DNA of 64,000 bases from Edaphobacter sp. (lineage in GTDB: Bacteria; Acidobacteriota; Terriglobia; Terriglobales; Acidobacteriaceae), in assembly GCA_025462645.1 (NCBI GenBank), contig JAOAPB010000007.1, positions 58,573-122,572 of the forward strand, written 5' to 3'. The position numbers were made by a program, and so were the translations under genes. Under the pieces are notes generated by a model. That model was not told the origin of the DNA and did no database searches. It worked only from the letters and a program-made list of their open reading frames with translations. Below are positions 1 to 10,286 of this stretch, piece after piece (position 1 is the first letter of the stretch; every line of letters starts with the position of its first letter).

Positions 1-711
1 CTCTCACATATGACCGCACGCGCCTTCGCCACGGATGTCCTGCAACAGAGGCTCCATGTGACCGAATTGCACGAAGGGGAGAACTTCCGCTTCGGCTATC
101 AGGCTGAGGCCAACATCGAAACCCTCGAAAAACTCGGCTTGGAGCTGGGCTTCAGCGTCCGCGTCTATGCGCCGCGTAGCTTGCGTGGGCAGGCCATATC
201 CTCCAGCCAAATCCGAAAACTCATTACCGAGGCCAACCTCAGCCGTGCCCGCGCTCTTCTCGGACGACCCTTTTCCATCGCCTCCACACCCGCCTCGGGA
301 CGTGGCTACGGCACACGCTATACAGTCCCTACCATCAACCTCGCGCCATACGCCGAGCTGCTCCCGGCAAACGGCGTCTACATCACATCGCTGACGGTTG
401 GGACAGGAACAACCAGCGAGACCTTCGACGCCGTGACCAACATCGGCAACCGTCCCACCTTCGGCGCCGACTCCTTCGCGGTAGAGTCCCATCTGCTCAA
501 CTTCCATCCGATTGAATTGAACGAGCAGACCCCCCTGACGCTGACCTTCCTGCATAGGCTCCGCGCCGAGATGCGCTGGCCCAACCCAGAAGCACTCCGC
601 GAACAGATCGGCCGCGATGTCCGTCAGGCGCAACGCTACTTCAGTTTGTGCCGGGTGCTGGCTTCGAAACCCCAGATCGGTGGCTCGCATCCGGCTTTGC
701 TGGCACCGTAA
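1..711 (+). CDS. ribF: Bifunctional riboflavin kinase/FAD synthetase (5'-truncated by window edge)
   Basis: Motifs GENFRFG, ISSSQIR, GRGYG..VPTINL, NIGNRPTF, VESHLLNF. Confidence 0.93.
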   Translation, partial: LSHMTARAFATDVLQQRLHVTELHEGENFRFGYQAEANIETLEKLGLELGFSVRVYAPRSLRGQAISSSQIRKLITEANLSRARALLGRPFSIASTPASGRGYGTRYTVPTINLAPYAELLPANGVYITSLTVGTGTTSETFDAVTNIGNRPTFGADSFAVESHLLNFHPIELNEQTPLTLTFLHRLRAEMRWPNPEALREQIGRDVRQAQRYFSLCRVLASKPQIGGSHPALLAP

Positions 712-3163
712 CCCCTTTTGCCGGAGCTACGGAATGCGCTGCGCCAGGAATCTTCACCTTATCGAGAGCAGGTGCAGCTGTATCCGCAGGCGCAGCATTC
801 GAATTAGCTGGCTTCGACGCCGCTGCGCTCGGCGCAGGAGCAGCATCCGGCTCATTATCTTCTGGAGCGCGTGGAGACTGTTTCGGTGGCCTGACGCCCT
901 CTCCCAACTTGTTCATGGGTAGATCCAGGGTCTTCTTCGGCGCGCCTGCGCTTGCAAAGGTCTCATCGGGCTTGTTCGCAATCGCCGCCCGCATGAAGTT
1001 CATCCACATAGGCAGCGCGGCACGAGCACCCGTCTCCTTTTCGCCCAATGACTGCCGATCGTCATACCCAATCCATGTACCGCAGGTGATCGACGGCGAA
1101 AACCCGATGAACCACGCATCCGTATAGTCGTTGGTCGTGCCGGTCTTCCCTCCCAGCGGATGCTTCAATTGCGACGCCGCCCCCCCCGTCCCCATTCGAA
1201 CCACCGCCTGCAGCAGTTGCATCATCGTGCGTGCCGTCTCGACGGAAATAACCTCCGTCACCTCTGGCTTCTTATCGTCGAACGGCAACCCGTCCGCCTG
1301 AGTCACCTTGCGGATATAGTGTGGCTCGATGCGGATCCCATCATTGGGAAAGACGCTGTAAGCACCCACCTGCTCATACAGAGTGATATCCGCGGACCCC
1401 AACGCCACAGGCAAAAACGCCGGAATCTCGCTCGTGATGCCAAACCGGTGCGCCGTCTCGATCACCTTGCGAATTCCCAGATGATTCGCCAGCTTCAGCG
1501 CAGGAATATTCCGCGACTCCGCAAATGCACTCAGCAAAGTCATCGCTCCCTTGTAGCCGGCCTCATAGTTATGCGGGGTGTAAGGTCCATTCGGAGTCGG
1601 AAAGGTCGTCGGCCCATCAACGACGATGTCGGTCGGCTTCGCACCAGCCTCAATCGCCGTCGTATATACATACGGCTTGAACGACGATCCCACCTGGCGC
1701 TGGGCCTGTGTCGCCCGGTTGAACTGCGAGAGCGCAAAGTCCCGCCCACCCACCATCGCCACCACCTCGCCGTCCGCATTGTTCACTGCCATCATCGAGG
1801 CCTGCGCCCCGGAGTCCTGCTCAAGCGAAGCATGCAGCGTGCCGTCCGGAGAGCCTCCCTCCAACCTCACGTAAACGACATCACCGTTGCGTAGGAAGCT
1901 GTCACCATCCTCATTCTGCGTCCACTTCCAATCCTCCGGCGTCAGAACAGCCTGCCGCGCCCCCAACTTCACCTCGACTCTCTTCGGCAAAACCGCCGTC
2001 ACCACCCCGTGGACATAACTCCCCTTCTCCACTGGCTGCGACCAGTCCGGATGCTTGTAGCTCTCCACCTCCAGGCCGGACAGTACGATATTCGGTAACC
2101 CACCCTTCCATCCACGGCGTCGCTCATAGGTTGCGGTACCCTCCAGCACAGCCTTGTTCGCAACCATCTGCAGATCGAGATCGAGCGTCGTAAAAATCCG
2201 AAGTCCCGCACCATGGACCTCCTCGACGCCATATTCCTTCTCCAACTGCCGCCGCACCTCCTCCACAAAGTAAGGAGCCACGCTGTTGGGAGCCGCTTCG
2301 ATATGCAGCCCCAGCGGCGCAGCCTTAGCTGCCTCTGCCTGCTGCCGCGTGATCTTGCGATCGTCCATCATCTCGGTCAGCACCAGGTTGCGCCGCTTCA
2401 GCGCTCGCTCCGGGTACCTCACCGGCGAGTAGTACTCCGGCCCCTTCGGCAACGCAGCCAGCAGAGCCGCCTCCGGAAGCGTCAGGTCGCGCACGTGCTT
2501 GCTGAAGTAGTACTCCGAACCAGCCTCGAAACCGTACGTACCACGCCCCAGGTAGATCTGATTCGCATACAGCGCAAAGATCTGCTGCTTCGTGAACCGC
2601 CGCTCGATCTGCATCGATAGAAAGACTTCCTGAATCTTGCGCCCATATGTCTTCTCCGAAGAGAGAAAGAGATTGCGCGCCAGCTGCATGGTCAGCGTCG
2701 ATGCTCCCTGTGCCCGGCCCTGCGCGTGCAAGTCGCGATAGGCCGCCCCCATGGCCCGCACCAGGTTCACTCCCCAGTTCCGCTCGAAGCTCTTGTCTTC
2801 GATCGAGATAATCGCCTGCCGTAGCACTAGCGGAAAATCCGAATACGGCACAACCACACGACGCTCCAGCGCAAACGAGCCGAAGACCCTCCCGTGAACG
2901 TCCAGCAGCTCGGTTGTGGTGTTAGGGCGATACCGCGCAAGGTCTTCCATCTGCGGCAAATCGATGGAATAGACCACCATCAAACCGCACATCGCCCCGA
3001 AGACGGCGGAGAGTCCCAGCAGCGTATAGAAGGTAATCCGTCTGGCTATCCGGCGACTGGGATAGTCCGGTCCATTAAGCGTAACGAGACGAAAAATCTG
3101 CCGCCACCGCGGCTCCTCTTCGAGCTCTGGCAACCTGGTCTCGCGGTGGAATAAGCTAGGCAC
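641..3163 (-). CDS. mrcA: Class A penicillin-binding protein (PBP1a)
   Basis: N-terminal TM; transglycosylase motifs EDKSF, GASTLTMQL, RKIQE; transpeptidase SSFK, SRN, KTG; Pro/Ala-rich tail. Confidence 0.93.
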   Translation of the reverse strand: MPSLFHRETRLPELEEEPRWRQIFRLVTLNGPDYPSRRIARRITFYTLLGLSAVFGAMCGLMVVYSIDLPQMEDLARYRPNTTTELLDVHGRVFGSFALERRVVVPYSDFPLVLRQAIISIEDKSFERNWGVNLVRAMGAAYRDLHAQGRAQGASTLTMQLARNLFLSSEKTYGRKIQEVFLSMQIERRFTKQQIFALYANQIYLGRGTYGFEAGSEYYFSKHVRDLTLPEAALLAALPKGPEYYSPVRYPERALKRRNLVLTEMMDDRKITRQQAEAAKAAPLGLHIEAAPNSVAPYFVEEVRRQLEKEYGVEEVHGAGLRIFTTLDLDLQMVANKAVLEGTATYERRRGWKGGLPNIVLSGLEVESYKHPDWSQPVEKGSYVHGVVTAVLPKRVEVKLGARQAVLTPEDWKWTQNEDGDSFLRNGDVVYVRLEGGSPDGTLHASLEQDSGAQASMMAVNNADGEVVAMVGGRDFALSQFNRATQAQRQVGSSFKPYVYTTAIEAGAKPTDIVVDGPTTFPTPNGPYTPHNYEAGYKGAMTLLSAFAESRNIPALKLANHLGIRKVIETAHRFGITSEIPAFLPVALGSADITLYEQVGAYSVFPNDGIRIEPHYIRKVTQADGLPFDDKKPEVTEVISVETARTMMQLLQAVVRMGTGGAASQLKHPLGGKTGTTNDYTDAWFIGFSPSITCGTWIGYDDRQSLGEKETGARAALPMWMNFMRAAIANKPDETFASAGAPKKTLDLPMNKLGEGVRPPKQSPRAPEDNEPDAAPAPSAAASKPANSNAAPADTAAPALDKVKIPGAAHSVAPAKGVTVPAKPDASHRSGVSKPAPGTN

Positions 3164-3204
3164 GACCCCTTCAGCATAGCAGGAGCCGCCACCGTTAACC
3201 GACC

Positions 3205-4437
3205 CTAGGCAGCCTTGCTCTTCAACAGGTCAAGTGCCTTGGTGAGCTGCTCATCCACAGCCACTCCGGGCTTCCTCGCTGGAGGTTGGTTGTCTGCTGG
3301 CGGCGTAGCTTCATCATCTACAGCCGATCCATCATCGACATTCGAAGCCACCAGCACTCCGGGAGTCACACCCTCATCCTGCAACTTCTTCCCAGAGGGC
3401 GACTCATACTTCGCAATCGAAAGAATCAGCGCCGCACCGTCCGGCAACTCAAAGGTCTTCTGCTGTGCGCCTTCACCGAAGGTCTTCTCACCCACCAGGT
3501 CTGCACGCTTGTTGTCCAGCAGAGCAGCAGCGACCAACTCGCCCGGCCCGGCAGTCCCGCGATTCACCAGCACAACCAAGGGCGCTGTCGCGTTGATAGC
3601 CTTCGACGCATCCGCAACGAAGGTCTGCTTCTGCACCTTCTGGCCCTCCAGCATCGCGATCGTCCCGGACTTCAGCAGGAAGTTCGCCAGCCGTGTGGCC
3701 TCCGCCATATCCCCGGCAGCAACATCGCGGAGGTCGAGCAGAACCTTCTTGTTTCCAACCTTCTGCATCGCCTTCAGCTTGGCCTCCACCTGCTGTACAT
3801 GATCGTGGTCAAGCACTCCAGGCTTCAGATACAGAATCGACGAATTCTCATACATCGTCTCTGTAACCGGGGGCACCGTCGCCGCAACCCGCGTCATCGA
3901 GACCTTCTCAGGCGTCGCCTTCCGCGGTCGAACGATCGAGACCGTCAACTGGCTCCCCGGCTGCCCTTCAAGCAGAAGCTGAATCATGGCCAGCGACAGA
4001 TCACGTGTATCCTGCGCTCCAATAGCTTCAATGATGTCGCCATCGTTCAGATTCGCCTTGTCCGCCGGGCTGCCCGGCACCACGGACACCACTGTGGCGT
4101 AGCCATAACGCTTCGAGACATTGATGCCTACCTGCGCCTTACCGCCCTTGTCCGCCTTGTAAGCCTTATAGTCTTCCGGCGTGAGGTAGCTGGAGTCCGC
4201 ATCGAGCGACTCCAGGAGCCCGCGAAGCGCGCCATTGGTCACGGTGCCGATGTTCGGCTCCTCGACGTAGTCCGTCTGGATATGCCGCAACACCTCGCTA
4301 TAGACGTTGATCTGGCGGTACGCGCCATCCTGTGGCTCCGACGCCGCACTCACGCCGCTCGAGTTCACCCCAAGGAATACGGTCAGCACTAGAACGACGG
4401 ATATGACGAGCAGCAGGATCTTTGTAATCTTGGGCAT
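3205..4437 (-). CDS. S41/CtpA-like PDZ protease homolog, catalytic residues apparently substituted
   Basis: Signal/TM, PDZ (VVPGSPADKA), LDLR, LVN.G and GEKTFG.G segments of S41A; start placed at MPKITK. Confidence 0.85.
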   Translation of the reverse strand: MPKITKILLLVISVVLVLTVFLGVNSSGVSAASEPQDGAYRQINVYSEVLRHIQTDYVEEPNIGTVTNGALRGLLESLDADSSYLTPEDYKAYKADKGGKAQVGINVSKRYGYATVVSVVPGSPADKANLNDGDIIEAIGAQDTRDLSLAMIQLLLEGQPGSQLTVSIVRPRKATPEKVSMTRVAATVPPVTETMYENSSILYLKPGVLDHDHVQQVEAKLKAMQKVGNKKVLLDLRDVAAGDMAEATRLANFLLKSGTIAMLEGQKVQKQTFVADASKAINATAPLVVLVNRGTAGPGELVAAALLDNKRADLVGEKTFGEGAQQKTFELPDGAALILSIAKYESPSGKKLQDEGVTPGVLVASNVDDGSAVDDEATPPADNQPPARKPGVAVDEQLTKALDLLKSKAA

Positions 4438-4556
4438 AGGTTCGAACAATCTCCACAAACAGCTTAGGCAGATTCGCCAACAGGGGTTAGACGCACCCCG
4501 TTGCTGAAATGATACTCTCGTACGAAGATTGCGCGATACCGGGCGCTACACAACAT

Positions 4557-4633
4557 TGGTGGCGGTGGGCAGAATCGAACTGCCGACCTACGGGTTATGA
4601 GTCCGTCGCTCTAACCATCTGAGCTACACCGCC
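4557..4633 (-). tRNA. tRNA-Met (CAT), elongator type
   Basis: Reverse complement GGCGGTGTAGCTCAG...CTCATAA...GTTCGATTC...CCGCCACCA; 77-nt cloverleaf, paired G1-C72, encoded CCA; Ile2 not fully excluded. Confidence 0.93.
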
Positions 4634-4739
4634 GATGTGTGTATTGCCTGTGCCAGTTGAACATCGCGACAGGAGAAAGAAAATCGCCGCGGCACAGTCA
4701 GACTCAATAATACTTGATTCCGGGCAGCGCGAAAAGCAG

Positions 4740-5459
4740 TTGCCCACAGTTCTCGGCGTCATTCCTGCCCGCCTCGCCTCCACGCGGCTCGCCCGTAAAG
4801 TCCTTCGCACCATCGCCGGAAGACCGATGCTCGCCTGGGTCTTCGACGCCGCAAAGGCCTGCCCTCAGCTCGACAATCTGCTTATCGCCACCGACTCCGA
4901 AGAGGTTGCCGAGCTCTGCGAGCGCAGCGGCTGGCCCTTCCAGCTCACCTCGCCCGACCTGCCCAGCGGCACCGACCGCGTTCACGCCGTGGCCCAGCAG
5001 ATCCAGGCGGATATCTACGTCAATATCCAGGGCGACGAACCACTCCTGAAACCCGAGCACCTCACCGCTCTCCTCCGCCCGTTCTCCCACCCACAAGCCG
5101 AAGTCTCCACCCTCAAAGTTCTCTGTACCGCCGCCAACATCAACAATCCAAACGCGGTCAAAGTGGTCACCGCTGCCGACGGACGAGCCCTCTATTTCTC
5201 CCGCGCCACCATCCCCTACGACCGCGACGGAGCAGGGCCACAGTACTGGAAGCACATCGGCCTCTACGCCTACCGCAAAGCCACTCTGGACCGCTTCCCC
5301 ACGCTCCCCACTAGCACCCTGGAACAAACGGAGCGCCTGGAGCAACTACGTTTCATCGAGAACGGCATCAGTGTTTACGTCGAACCCACCGTCTTCGACA
5401 CCATCGGAGTCGACACCGAAGAAGACCTGAAACACGTCGAAACCCTCCTGCTGGAGTAG
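4740..5459 (+). CDS. kdsB: 3-deoxy-manno-octulosonate cytidylyltransferase
   Basis: IPARLASTRL..K, SGTDR, NIQGDEP, HIGLYAY, LEQLR; TTG start inferred. Confidence 0.93.
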   Translation: MPTVLGVIPARLASTRLARKVLRTIAGRPMLAWVFDAAKACPQLDNLLIATDSEEVAELCERSGWPFQLTSPDLPSGTDRVHAVAQQIQADIYVNIQGDEPLLKPEHLTALLRPFSHPQAEVSTLKVLCTAANINNPNAVKVVTAADGRALYFSRATIPYDRDGAGPQYWKHIGLYAYRKATLDRFPTLPTSTLEQTERLEQLRFIENGISVYVEPTVFDTIGVDTEEDLKHVETLLLE

Positions 5460-5462
5460 CAA

Positions 5463-5600
5463 TAGTTGCGGTTGCTCTTGCCGTTGTAAGTCCTTGCTGT
5501 CATCCTGAACGGAGCGAAGGACCCCGAAGGTCTTTACTCACCCCAACCGCCGTCCCTTTCAACAACTAATTTCATCCTCTTGCTGTTGCCTGTTCTTACA
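5463..5600 (+). repeat. REP-like dispersed repeat (TGTCATCCTGA.CG.AGCGAAGGACCCC...TTCAACAAC)
   Basis: About 105 bp closely similar to the reverse complement of 20715-20840; related to 13693-13764. Confidence 0.85.
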
Positions 5601-5670
5601 TCCCCCCCAAGAACCTTAGCGATGCATAACTTCCAAGCATCAGGTCTCCCACCAAAAAAGAAACCATGCC

Positions 5671-6336
5671 TCACCCCACCGGCACAAACCGCAACTCCAA
5701 CCCACTCGCATCCGTGGCCACAACCAGCCCTTCCAGCGAACTAACCACCCAATCGGCCTCAGCAAGCTCCTCAAGAGAGTGCGTCCCCAGCACGCCCAGC
5801 ACACGGCATCCAGCCGCCTTCCCGGCGCCCACACCCGACGGCGCATCTTCCACCACAACGCACTCCTCCGGACGAAAACCCAGCAGCTCAGCCCCGCGCC
5901 TGTACGGCTCCGGATCAGGCTTACCCCGCACGACCATATCGCCGCTGATAATCCGCTCCGGCACCGGCAGCCCCGCCGCATTCAACCGACCCAGCAGAAG
6001 CCTTCGCGTCGCCGACGTCACAATCGCCCAACGCTCCTGCGGAAGGCTCTCCAGCAGCGCCTTCACCCCTGACAGAACGGTAAGGTCCGCCAGGTCCGCC
6101 ATCTCCATGTCTTCGATCACGCGGATCCCTTCCTCCATGTCGATGTCAGGCCGTAGCGTCTTTATGATCTCGGTAGCCCGCATCCCATGCGGCACCTCGT
6201 AGATCTCCGCATTCGGCACGTCGTACATCTCCGCCCACCGACGCCAGCAACGAACCACAGACCCGATGGAGCTGACGAGCACTCCATCCATGTCAAACAA
6301 AATTCCCTTCGCCTCAATGCAGATCGACTCGCTCAA
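5671..6336 (-). CDS. HAD-IA family phosphatase (YfbT-like)
   Basis: FDMDGV, VTSA, KPDPEPY, EDAPSG. Confidence 0.9.
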   Translation of the reverse strand: MSESICIEAKGILFDMDGVLVSSIGSVVRCWRRWAEMYDVPNAEIYEVPHGMRATEIIKTLRPDIDMEEGIRVIEDMEMADLADLTVLSGVKALLESLPQERWAIVTSATRRLLLGRLNAAGLPVPERIISGDMVVRGKPDPEPYRRGAELLGFRPEECVVVEDAPSGVGAGKAAGCRVLGVLGTHSLEELAEADWVVSSLEGLVVATDASGLELRFVPVG

Positions 6337-7787
6337 ACAGCGCTCCCTTGCAGTACAAATCTCCGCGCCGCCTCGAGCACGCGCTCCACCGATGCCGTGG
6401 AGCAGCTCTCGCAGTACACCCGCAGCAGCGGCTCCGTGCCCGACGCTCTCAGCAGCAGCCAGGTCTCAGCCGCATTCGGCTTGCTTGCACAATCTGGATT
6501 CTCCAGAAAGAACTTGATGCCATCAAGCGTCTCCATCCGCAGCACCTTCAACCCCGCGAAGTCGGCTACCCCATCCTTCGCCCGCGTAATCGCAGACTGC
6601 TTCAACTCCTCATCGATGTGCATGTCGATGCGCCCATACTGATGCTCGCCAAACTCCTCCTGCAACGCGGCAACCAATTGGCCCAGGGTCTTCTTCTCAT
6701 CGGCCATCACATTCGCCAGCAGCAGCGAGTTCAGCAGACCGTCGCGCTCCGGCAGATGCCGGCTGATCCCAACGCCGCCTGACTCCTCGCCGCCAATCAG
6801 AATCTCCTGCTCCAGCATCAGGTCGACGACATACTTGAAGCCGATGCCATGTTCATGCAGCCGTCGCCCATACTTGGCGGCGATGCGATCCAGCATCTTC
6901 GTCGTATTGAAGGCGCGCGTCACATCCCCCGGCCACCTCTTCCGCTCCAGCAGCCACTTCGCCAGCACGGCAAGAATCTTGTGTGCATCGACAACATTGC
7001 CATGCTCGTCCACCGCGCCGATGCGATCCGCATCGCCATCGGTAATCAATCCGGCATCGCACCTCTCGGCAACAACAGCCGCCTGCGTCGCCTTGATATG
7101 TGGCAGAATCGGCTCCGGGTTAATCCCGGGAAACAGCGGATTGATCTCGTTCCGTATCTCCACAAACGGAATCCCCGCCTGCGTAAAAATCTCCGCGAGC
7201 ACCCCACGCCCCGCGCCATACATCACATCAACCAGAAACTTGTATCCCGAAGCCTTGATCGCCTTCAGGTCCACGAACCTCGCAATCGCAGCGTTATACT
7301 CCGGATTGAAGTTCACCTCTTCAATCGGAGCCTTCACAGCAGCAGCCGCCAGCGGCGTCTCCAGATAGCTCTCGATGGCAGTCATGATGGACGGCTTCCC
7401 CGACCCGCCATAGCTCGCCTTGTACTTCACGCCATTCCACTCTGCAGGATTATGGCTCGACGTAATCATCACGCCGCCCGCGGCCTTCCTCTCGCGCACC
7501 GCATACGAGAGCGCCGGTGTCGGAGTAATCTCTACGGCCAGCGCCACCGGAATCCCCGCCCCGGCCAGCACCTCCGCCACCGCCTTCGCAAACGACCGCG
7601 ACCCGAACCGGGTGTCGTAGGCGATACAAACCCCTGCCGTCGCATCCTCATGGGCCAGCACATAGTTCGCAATCGCAGCCGCCGCCACGCGAACATTCGC
7701 ATAGGTGAAGTCGTCGGCGATAATGCCGCGCCACCCATCGGTCCCGAACTTTACAACCGTCTTCGTCTCCGCCATATCCTGTTCCAT
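6333..7787 (-). CDS. Phosphomannomutase/phosphoglucomutase
   Basis: FGTDGWRG, TSSHNP, DGDADR, GEESGG, RASGTEP. Confidence 0.93.
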   Translation of the reverse strand: MEQDMAETKTVVKFGTDGWRGIIADDFTYANVRVAAAAIANYVLAHEDATAGVCIAYDTRFGSRSFAKAVAEVLAGAGIPVALAVEITPTPALSYAVRERKAAGGVMITSSHNPAEWNGVKYKASYGGSGKPSIMTAIESYLETPLAAAAVKAPIEEVNFNPEYNAAIARFVDLKAIKASGYKFLVDVMYGAGRGVLAEIFTQAGIPFVEIRNEINPLFPGINPEPILPHIKATQAAVVAERCDAGLITDGDADRIGAVDEHGNVVDAHKILAVLAKWLLERKRWPGDVTRAFNTTKMLDRIAAKYGRRLHEHGIGFKYVVDLMLEQEILIGGEESGGVGISRHLPERDGLLNSLLLANVMADEKKTLGQLVAALQEEFGEHQYGRIDMHIDEELKQSAITRAKDGVADFAGLKVLRMETLDGIKFFLENPDCASKPNAAETWLLLRASGTEPLLRVYCESCSTASVERVLEAARRFVLQGSAV

Positions 7788-7800
7788 ACTCCCTTGGCCA

Positions 7801-8949
7801 CTAGACCAGGTCTTCGCGCCCCACGCTCTTCAACTCCGCGACCACCTTACCCACATCCTGGCACTGCGCCCTGGTCGTGATCAGCAAGGCATCTTCGGTC
7901 TGCACAACCACCAGGTTCTCGACCCCCACCAACGCCACAGCCATTCCCGGCGCAAAGACATAGTTCCCCTTGGAGTCGATGACGACGCTACTGGCTCCCT
8001 GCACCACATTCGCATCTTTGTGATTGCAGTACTCAGGCAGTGTCATATGGTGCTCGTGCAGCGCAGACCAGGAGCCCAGATCGTTCCAGCCAAAGTCCGC
8101 AGGCAGGCTGAAGATCCTCGACGCACCCTCACCCTTCTTCGACCGCGGCTCCAGAATCGCATAGTCCACACTGATGTTCTCGCACTGCGGATACACCTCC
8201 GCAAAGACCCGCTCAAACTCAGGAGTGCCGTAGGCAGCCGCAATCCTCTCAAGCAAAGGAGCCATAGCCGGGCAGTGCTCGCGAATCGCACCCGTCAGCG
8301 TCCGCGCAGACCACAGGAAGATCCCGCTGTTCCATGCATAGTTCCCCGACGCCAGAAACTCCTCCGCCCGTTCCTTCTGCGGCTTCTCCGTAAACCGCCG
8401 AACCAGACGAGCCTGCAGATCACCCTTGCCATCGGCAATCGCTGCGCCCAGCTCAATATACCCATACCCGGTCTCAGGTTGAGTCGGTGTCACGCCCAGC
8501 ACCACAATATTGTCGCCCGCAGCCGCCAACCCGACTCCCGCACGAATCACCTTCGCAAACTGCTCGCTGTCCTTCACCACATGGTCCGAAGGAAAGATCC
8601 CGATCACCGTCTCCGGCTCACTCTTCTCCAGCAGAAAGGCCGCCAGAGCACAAGCAGGAGCCGTATTCCTCGCCACCGGCTCACACAGAATATGCGCCCG
8701 CGGAAGCTCCGGCAGTTGCTCCGCGATCAAGTCATCCAGCAATTTATTCGTAATCACCCAGACATCGCCAACATCGGCCACGGGCCGCAATCGATCCAGC
8801 GTCTGCTGAATCATCGTGCGCTCCCCATCCAGAGCCAGCACCTGCTTCGCCCGCGACCTCCGGCTTCGAGGCCAGAACCGTGTCCCACTGCCGCCCGCAA
8901 GAATCACCGGAGCAAACTTCAGCCCCGACCTGCTGCCTTCATTCGGCAT
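7801..8949 (-). CDS. manC: Mannose-1-phosphate guanylyltransferase
   Basis: LAGGSGTRFWPRSR, RNTAPA, FTEKP, WNSGIF, WNDLGSW. Confidence 0.92.
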   Translation of the reverse strand: MPNEGSRSGLKFAPVILAGGSGTRFWPRSRRSRAKQVLALDGERTMIQQTLDRLRPVADVGDVWVITNKLLDDLIAEQLPELPRAHILCEPVARNTAPACALAAFLLEKSEPETVIGIFPSDHVVKDSEQFAKVIRAGVGLAAAGDNIVVLGVTPTQPETGYGYIELGAAIADGKGDLQARLVRRFTEKPQKERAEEFLASGNYAWNSGIFLWSARTLTGAIREHCPAMAPLLERIAAAYGTPEFERVFAEVYPQCENISVDYAILEPRSKKGEGASRIFSLPADFGWNDLGSWSALHEHHMTLPEYCNHKDANVVQGASSVVIDSKGNYVFAPGMAVALVGVENLVVVQTEDALLITTRAQCQDVGKVVAELKSVGREDLV

Positions 8950-9017
8950 ACATCTCCATCTCGACAAAAGAGACCGCGCCGGTAACCCAGCGCGGCCCCT
9001 CGTCTCAAATCAGTTCG

Positions 9018-10217
9018 TTAGCCAAGCGTTGCAAAGTACTCCCGCATCCGTTTCACACCCTCGTCGACGACGTCGTGTGAAACTGCATACGAAAGTCGAA
9101 TGTGCTCATTCGTTCCAAACGCCTCGCCCGGCACCACCACCACGTGCGCCTCGCTCAGCAGCTTCGCCGCCAGGTCTGAAGCCGATTTCACCCCACCCTT
9201 GCCGATGAAGTTCTTCACATTCGGATACACATAGAACGCGCCTTGTGGCACCGTGCACGTCAGCCCGGGAATCGTCTTGAATCCGGCCAGCACGCGGTCG
9301 CGCAGCTTGATGTAGTCCGCCCGCATCTCGGTCACGCACTCCTGCGACCCGCTCACCGCTGCAATCGACGCCCGCTGCACCATGCTCGCCGTATTCGATG
9401 TGCTCTGCGACTGCAGCTTGCTCATCGCCGCGATAATCGCCTTCGGCCCCAGCGCAAATCCAGCTCTCCAGCCCGTCATCGCATACGTCTTCGACAGCGA
9501 CCCCAGCACCACCACATGGTCCTTGCAATCCGTAAACGTCCCGCCGCTGACGATCTCGCCCGTAAAGTTCAGGTACACGTAGCACTCATCCAGCAGCACA
9601 TAGATCCCATGCTTGTGCGCCAGCCGAACGATCGCCTCCAGATCCTCAGGCGAAACCACCGCCCCCGAAGGGTTCGACGGCGTATTCAAGACAATCGCCT
9701 TCGTCTTCGGAGTAATCGCATCCTCGATCATCTTCGCGGTCACGCGGAAGTTCTCCGCCTCATTGCTCTCGACCAGCACCACCTTGCCGCCCGCATACTG
9801 GATGATGTCCTTGAACGACACCCAGAACGGCACCGGCAGAATCACCTCATCGCCGTGATCGACCAGCACCTGGATCGCGTTGAACAGCGCCAGCTTGCCA
9901 CCCGTCGTGAACACGCACTCCTCCGGCGTGTAGTTCGAGCCGAAGTCAGCCGCATGGCGATCCACTATCGCCTTCCGCACCTCAGGAATACCAGCGACGT
10001 TCGTATACCGCGTGAAGTTCTTCTCAATCGCCTCGATCGCCGCGTCCTTGATATGTCGCGGAGTCGCGAAGTGCGGCTCTCCCGCGCCAAAGTCCGCCAG
10101 GTTCACACCCTCGGACTTCAACTTCAGGGCCGCAGCCGTTATCGCCATCGTTGCCGAAACTTCAATGCGGCCAATCCTGTCCGCAAATACTTTGGTAGCC
10201 GTTGCCGTTGCGCTCAT
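9018..10217 (-). CDS. Class I/II PLP aminotransferase (aspartate aminotransferase type)
   Basis: GEPHF, NTPSNPSG, DECY, SLSKTYAMTGWRAG. Confidence 0.92.
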   Translation of the reverse strand: MSATATATKVFADRIGRIEVSATMAITAAALKLKSEGVNLADFGAGEPHFATPRHIKDAAIEAIEKNFTRYTNVAGIPEVRKAIVDRHAADFGSNYTPEECVFTTGGKLALFNAIQVLVDHGDEVILPVPFWVSFKDIIQYAGGKVVLVESNEAENFRVTAKMIEDAITPKTKAIVLNTPSNPSGAVVSPEDLEAIVRLAHKHGIYVLLDECYVYLNFTGEIVSGGTFTDCKDHVVVLGSLSKTYAMTGWRAGFALGPKAIIAAMSKLQSQSTSNTASMVQRASIAAVSGSQECVTEMRADYIKLRDRVLAGFKTIPGLTCTVPQGAFYVYPNVKNFIGKGGVKSASDLAAKLLSEAHVVVVPGEAFGTNEHIRLSYAVSHDVVDEGVKRMREYFATLG

Positions 10218-10286
10218 ACCTCTAGTGTGTCAGATTTGTCCACCGAGATAAAGCGCTTCGCAAATCTGCCGTAAATTCTTGCGCGT

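Noticed and set aside
4500-4640. Island integrated at tRNA-Met
   Set aside because: No integrase or duplicated tRNA 3' end seen; flanks are housekeeping genes.
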